In this document: in pieces, positions 61,090 through 64,000 of the stretch | Numbering within the stretch: position 1 is the first letter of the stretch | How the letters are laid out: the number at the start of each line of letters is the position of its first letter | DNA from: an uncultured Alphaproteobacteria bacterium | GTDB lineage: Bacteria > Pseudomonadota > Alphaproteobacteria > Rhizobiales > Xanthobacteraceae | DNA length: 64,000 bases | Assembly (NCBI GenBank): GCA_963815955.1 | Contig: CAWFIQ010000025.1 | Span: 57,020-121,019, forward strand | Reading direction: 5' to 3' | The notes under the pieces: model-generated | What the model saw: only the letters and a program-made list of their open reading frames with translations | Told to the model about the DNA's origin: nothing | Databases searched by the model: none | Made by a program: the position numbers and the translations under genes

Positions 61090-61178
61090 TGACGAAGCCG
61101 TTGTGTAAGCCGGGTGTTCCCGGCCTCTAATCCTAGTGGCGTTGCGAGCGGCTTCAAGAGCCGTTGTAATCGGCAACC

Positions 61179-61661
61179 ATGAGCACAAAATCGCGAGAAG
61201 TAATTTGGGGCGGCCGGATTATGGGAGCCGACATCCAGGCCAAGACCGCAAGAGAGGTCGCCCAGAAGGCCGCTCGCGAGGCCGACCGCGCCGAGGCTCA
61301 TGCGTGGTCACTTCGCATGGAAGGCTACAGCGGGCCAGCTCAGCCTTCTCCAACGATCGGACAATGCATCAGCGGCGGCTTGAGCTGGCTTGAAGTCGAA
61401 TGCAATCGCTGCAAGACACGCGCAAGCCTACCGCTCGACGCTATCCGCCGGCCGCGCAGCACACCGATATGGAAGCTGGAGGCATCGCTGAAATGTCGGT
61501 CATGTCGGAAGGGTCGCTACGCGCCGCCGGTTCGCATGATCAAGCTAACGGAGCAGCGCCAGATCACGCCTTACAAGTGGGTGCATCCGGATGAGGATGC
61601 GGTGAACAACCGCAGCGTCGATCCGTCCCTAGGGACGCGTGATCGGCCGCGGCCTAGGTAG
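61179..61661 (+). CDS. Zn-ribbon hypothetical protein divergent from SRAP
   Basis: [11 protein letters not shown] ... LKCRSCRKG (2x CxxC). Confidence 0.75.
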   Translation: MSTKSREVIWGGRIMGADIQAKTAREVAQKAAREADRAEAHAWSLRMEGYSGPAQPSPTIGQCISGGLSWLEVECNRCKTRASLPLDAIRRPRSTPIWKLEASLKCRSCRKGRYAPPVRMIKLTEQRQITPYKWVHPDEDAVNNRSVDPSLGTRDRPRPR

Positions 61662-61958
61662 GGGGATAGGGCTCGTAACTGGTGGCTCATTGGCAGATGC
61701 TTGCGCAGTCGGTGCTCGCCGAAGGATCGCCTTGGCGGCTTCCAAGTACGCTGCAGCTGCTTTCTCATCAGCACTTTGATGCTGTCGGTCAGCGTTTGTT
61801 GAGGCCGTGGTATCTGGACCTTTCAAGTTGAGCCTGTCGGGTGGTGATCGCTGACCGACTTCGACCCGAGCGATCGGTGGGCTAACCAAATATGTAAAGC
61901 AGCCTGCTACGGCGGCAGCGGCTAGAACAGCAAGAACAGCGAGGCGCACACTGATCAT
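61629..61958 (-). CDS. Exported/membrane-anchored hypothetical protein
   Basis: N-terminal hydrophobic helix; C-terminal PIPLPRPRP. Confidence 0.6.
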   Translation of the reverse strand: MISVRLAVLAVLAAAAVAGCFTYLVSPPIARVEVGQRSPPDRLNLKGPDTTASTNADRQHQSADEKAAAAYLEAAKAILRRAPTAQASANEPPVTSPIPLPRPRPITRP

Positions 61959-62130
61959 TTCTTAGCCTTCTGCCAGCCCGGCTGCGGTGCGGGAGTACTA
62001 CGAGGCGTCCTTCCATCATCGGAACCGTTGCCGGGAATCACCAGTCACAACAGAACCGCTGCGCTGCTCTCGAATCGCTTTGACTGTGTAGAGAGCAAGT
62101 ATCTTACTTGGGCCATTGAATGAAAACCCC

Positions 62131-62214
62131 ATGTTTGAAGCTCTTTCAGCATTTCTTGTCGTTCTTAGTGTCGGTATTCTTGTCGCCCACACCCTCGATG
62201 CATTTCGGTCGTAG
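62131..62214 (+). CDS. 27-aa membrane peptide MFEALSAFLVVLSVGILVAHTLDAFRS (not in the ORF track)
   Basis: Single TM with polar tail; weak RBS. Confidence 0.55.
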   Translation: MFEALSAFLVVLSVGILVAHTLDAFRS

Positions 62215-62970
62215 GCGACCTTCTTCTACCTTCCCAACTTCATGACCCGGCGCTGGTTCAATTAACTACGGCCGAAGGTACTCTTTAATTCAAACTGAGC
62301 AGGTCCCAAGCCTGTAGATCGCGAGATCCAAAGGTATGGACCTAGGTACTCGATCGGCAAGTAGCCGCAGCGGCTGATATCGCCGGCGATGAGCGTCGAT
62401 AGCCAAATTTGAAAGGACAAGACGGCGCCTCTCGCCCCTCGATTGCCTGCCGGTATCCTAATGGTGGCGCTGTGCCGATATCCATTGAGCTGTCGTCCTA
62501 CGGCGGGATGATGCGCAACAGTGACGTCCTTTCCGGCGGACTATCGGGAGTTTTCAAACCAGGCGTTCCCAACGCTAATGCGGTCACCAGCAGCAGGACG
62601 CTCGCGCAGATAATCTTGAGGTAAACATGCTCCATTGGCTGCTAACCGGCCAAAGTAGTACACGTTCCTGACATAAGGGCGTCAGCAGCTGAAACTTGGT
62701 GTCCGTTGGTCGGCAGAGGCAACGACGGTCGGATCCAGACTATCCTGAAAATGTAAAGTTCGATTGGCCGCTACCAGTTTGGCGGACACGATACAGCTTT
62801 GTACCCAAGCCGTGGAGAGGTCGCCCCGCTCAATTAGGACTGTCGAAGAGCTGGGACGGCAGGCGGTTACCGCATCTGGCGCCGGGAGAACCGGAAAGCG
62901 GCATTGCTCAGAGTGGTCAAATCACCACCACCCAGCCGCAGTGTAGCCCGCCGAATGTTCTCGTCTGGCA

Positions 62971-63381
62971 TCATCGCAAAGCGACTTCGATGGCCTCGGC
63001 AAGCCGCTCGATCAGAAATGGCTTTTGCAGCACCGCATGATCGCTGAATGAGTCAGGGACCCCCGCTGCACCATAGCCGCTCGCAAATATGAACGGGATC
63101 CCGCGGCTGCTGACGATCTCTGCTACGGGATCGATCTTGGAGCCGCTTAGGTTGATGTCAAGAATCGCAAATTCGAAAGTCGCCGTTTGTGCCAAGCGTA
63201 ACGCGTCGGCAATATTGCTCGCTTCTCCCGAGACCGAATGACCTAGCTCTTCAATCATCTCCGCGATCATCATGCGTATCAAGGCTTCATCTTCAACCAA
63301 TAAGACGGACACCAAGCGTCGTTTGATTTCCGTCAAAGGTTGTTCCTCGATGCCCCTAGGAGAGCCCGCCAGGGATGGCAT
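62971..63381 (-). CDS. Single-domain response regulator with FATGUY-type motif
   Basis: VLLVEDE, AILDINL, PFIFASGY, LQKPF. Confidence 0.9.
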   Translation of the reverse strand: MPSLAGSPRGIEEQPLTEIKRRLVSVLLVEDEALIRMMIAEMIEELGHSVSGEASNIADALRLAQTATFEFAILDINLSGSKIDPVAEIVSSRGIPFIFASGYGAAGVPDSFSDHAVLQKPFLIERLAEAIEVALR

Positions 63382-63423
63382 TTAACGGTGCTGGTCTCGC
63401 AGCGTGATCTGGGCTGAAGTCCA

Positions 63424-64000
63424 TTAACGAAGTAGAAGTTCCTTGATGCGCGTAGCAAGGCCATCCATCGCAAATGGTTTGGTGAGGATCGCCATACCGG
63501 AATCTAGTCCACCGGCCCCGATCGCCGCTTTTTCAGCGTAACCTGTAATGAATAGCACCTTTAATTTGGGACGCGCTGTTCGGCCGAAATCCGCTAGTTG
63601 CCGGCCATTCATGCCACCCGGCAAGCCTACGTCGGTGACGAGGAGGTCGATCCGTGTGTCCGAGCGCAAGACCTGAAGCGCGCTGCTGCCATCAGAGGCT
63701 TCAATTGCCGTGTACCCAAGTTCGGCAAGAACCTCGCCGACCAACATGCGGACTGAGGGTTCGTCGTCGACGATAAGTACGGATTCGCCTGCGCCAGCGC
63801 GGGGCGCCGACGTGAAATCGGCGGCCTCGTCTGCGGCCGTTGCCTCCTCGGTGTGTCTGGGAAGAAAAAGGTAGATTGTTGTACCTTTTCCCTCGGCGGA
63901 CTCGATTCGCACCTGGCCACCGGATTGCTTCGCGAACCCGTAGATCATCGATAGGCCCAAGCCAGTGCCCTGGCCGAGAGGCTTAGTCGTATAAAAGGGA
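63424..64000 (-). CDS. Hybrid sensor histidine kinase/receiver (C-terminal part; 5' end outside the window)
   Basis: G2 box GQGTGLGLSMIYGFAKQSGG, receiver VLIVDDE, LLVTDVGLPGG, VLFITGY, TKPF. Confidence 0.92.
   Translation of the reverse strand, partial: PFYTTKPLGQGTGLGLSMIYGFAKQSGGQVRIESAEGKGTTIYLFLPRHTEEATAADEAADFTSAPRAGAGESVLIVDDEPSVRMLVGEVLAELGYTAIEASDGSSALQVLRSDTRIDLLVTDVGLPGGMNGRQLADFGRTARPKLKVLFITGYAEKAAIGAGGLDSGMAILTKPFAMDGLATRIKELLLR

Larger units (their letters stand above)
36626..64000. mobile_element. Genomic island / integrative mobilisable element (right end outside the window)
   Basis: att relic at the left edge, adjacent relaxase, lower GC by eye, many small ORFs and decayed genes. 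Confidence 0.6.

Overview
Alphaproteobacterial chromosome segment; gene content and palindromic repeats look Bradyrhizobium-like. It has two parts. (1) About 1-33.8 kb, high GC by eye: housekeeping/orphan genes (ParBc_2-type, MgtC, AhpD-like, stand-alone HerA ATPase, PAS-GGDEF-EAL, MFS), a TetR-led aromatic catabolic operon (LigI-like, Bug, GalB, LigK/GalC, PhtD-like, VOC extradiol dioxygenase, then a P450), a second catabolic block (DUF35 + Cys-less thiolase, LLM monooxygenase, IclR, Bug, sugar ABC without ATPase, GH51 arabinofuranosidase), UvrD, cspA, SDR/TetR and another Bug. (2) About 34-64 kb, lower GC by eye: an accessory region starting at two same-orientation relics of a tRNA 3' end (tRNA-Gln-like, 34107 and 36626). 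It holds a beta-helix/membrane protein, a divergent MobA/MobL relaxase, katE, yciF, yihY, PepSY, DUF2171, SRAP, NUDIX, a second cspA, many tiny proteins, and a FATGUY-type single-domain receiver beside a hybrid kinase. The strongest unannotated signal is 16 correctly oriented sigma-EcfG-type promoters (GGAAC-N16/17-NNTT), each 7-66 nt upstream of a gene between 40.5 and 60 kb. This suggests an integrated general-stress-response island with its own signalling input. At least ten genes carry single-base indels, many in short base runs, so some apparent pseudogenes may be assembly errors. No CRISPR array, rRNA, complete tRNA or intact transposase/integrase was seen. GC and family assignments are by eye and from memory; no searches were run.
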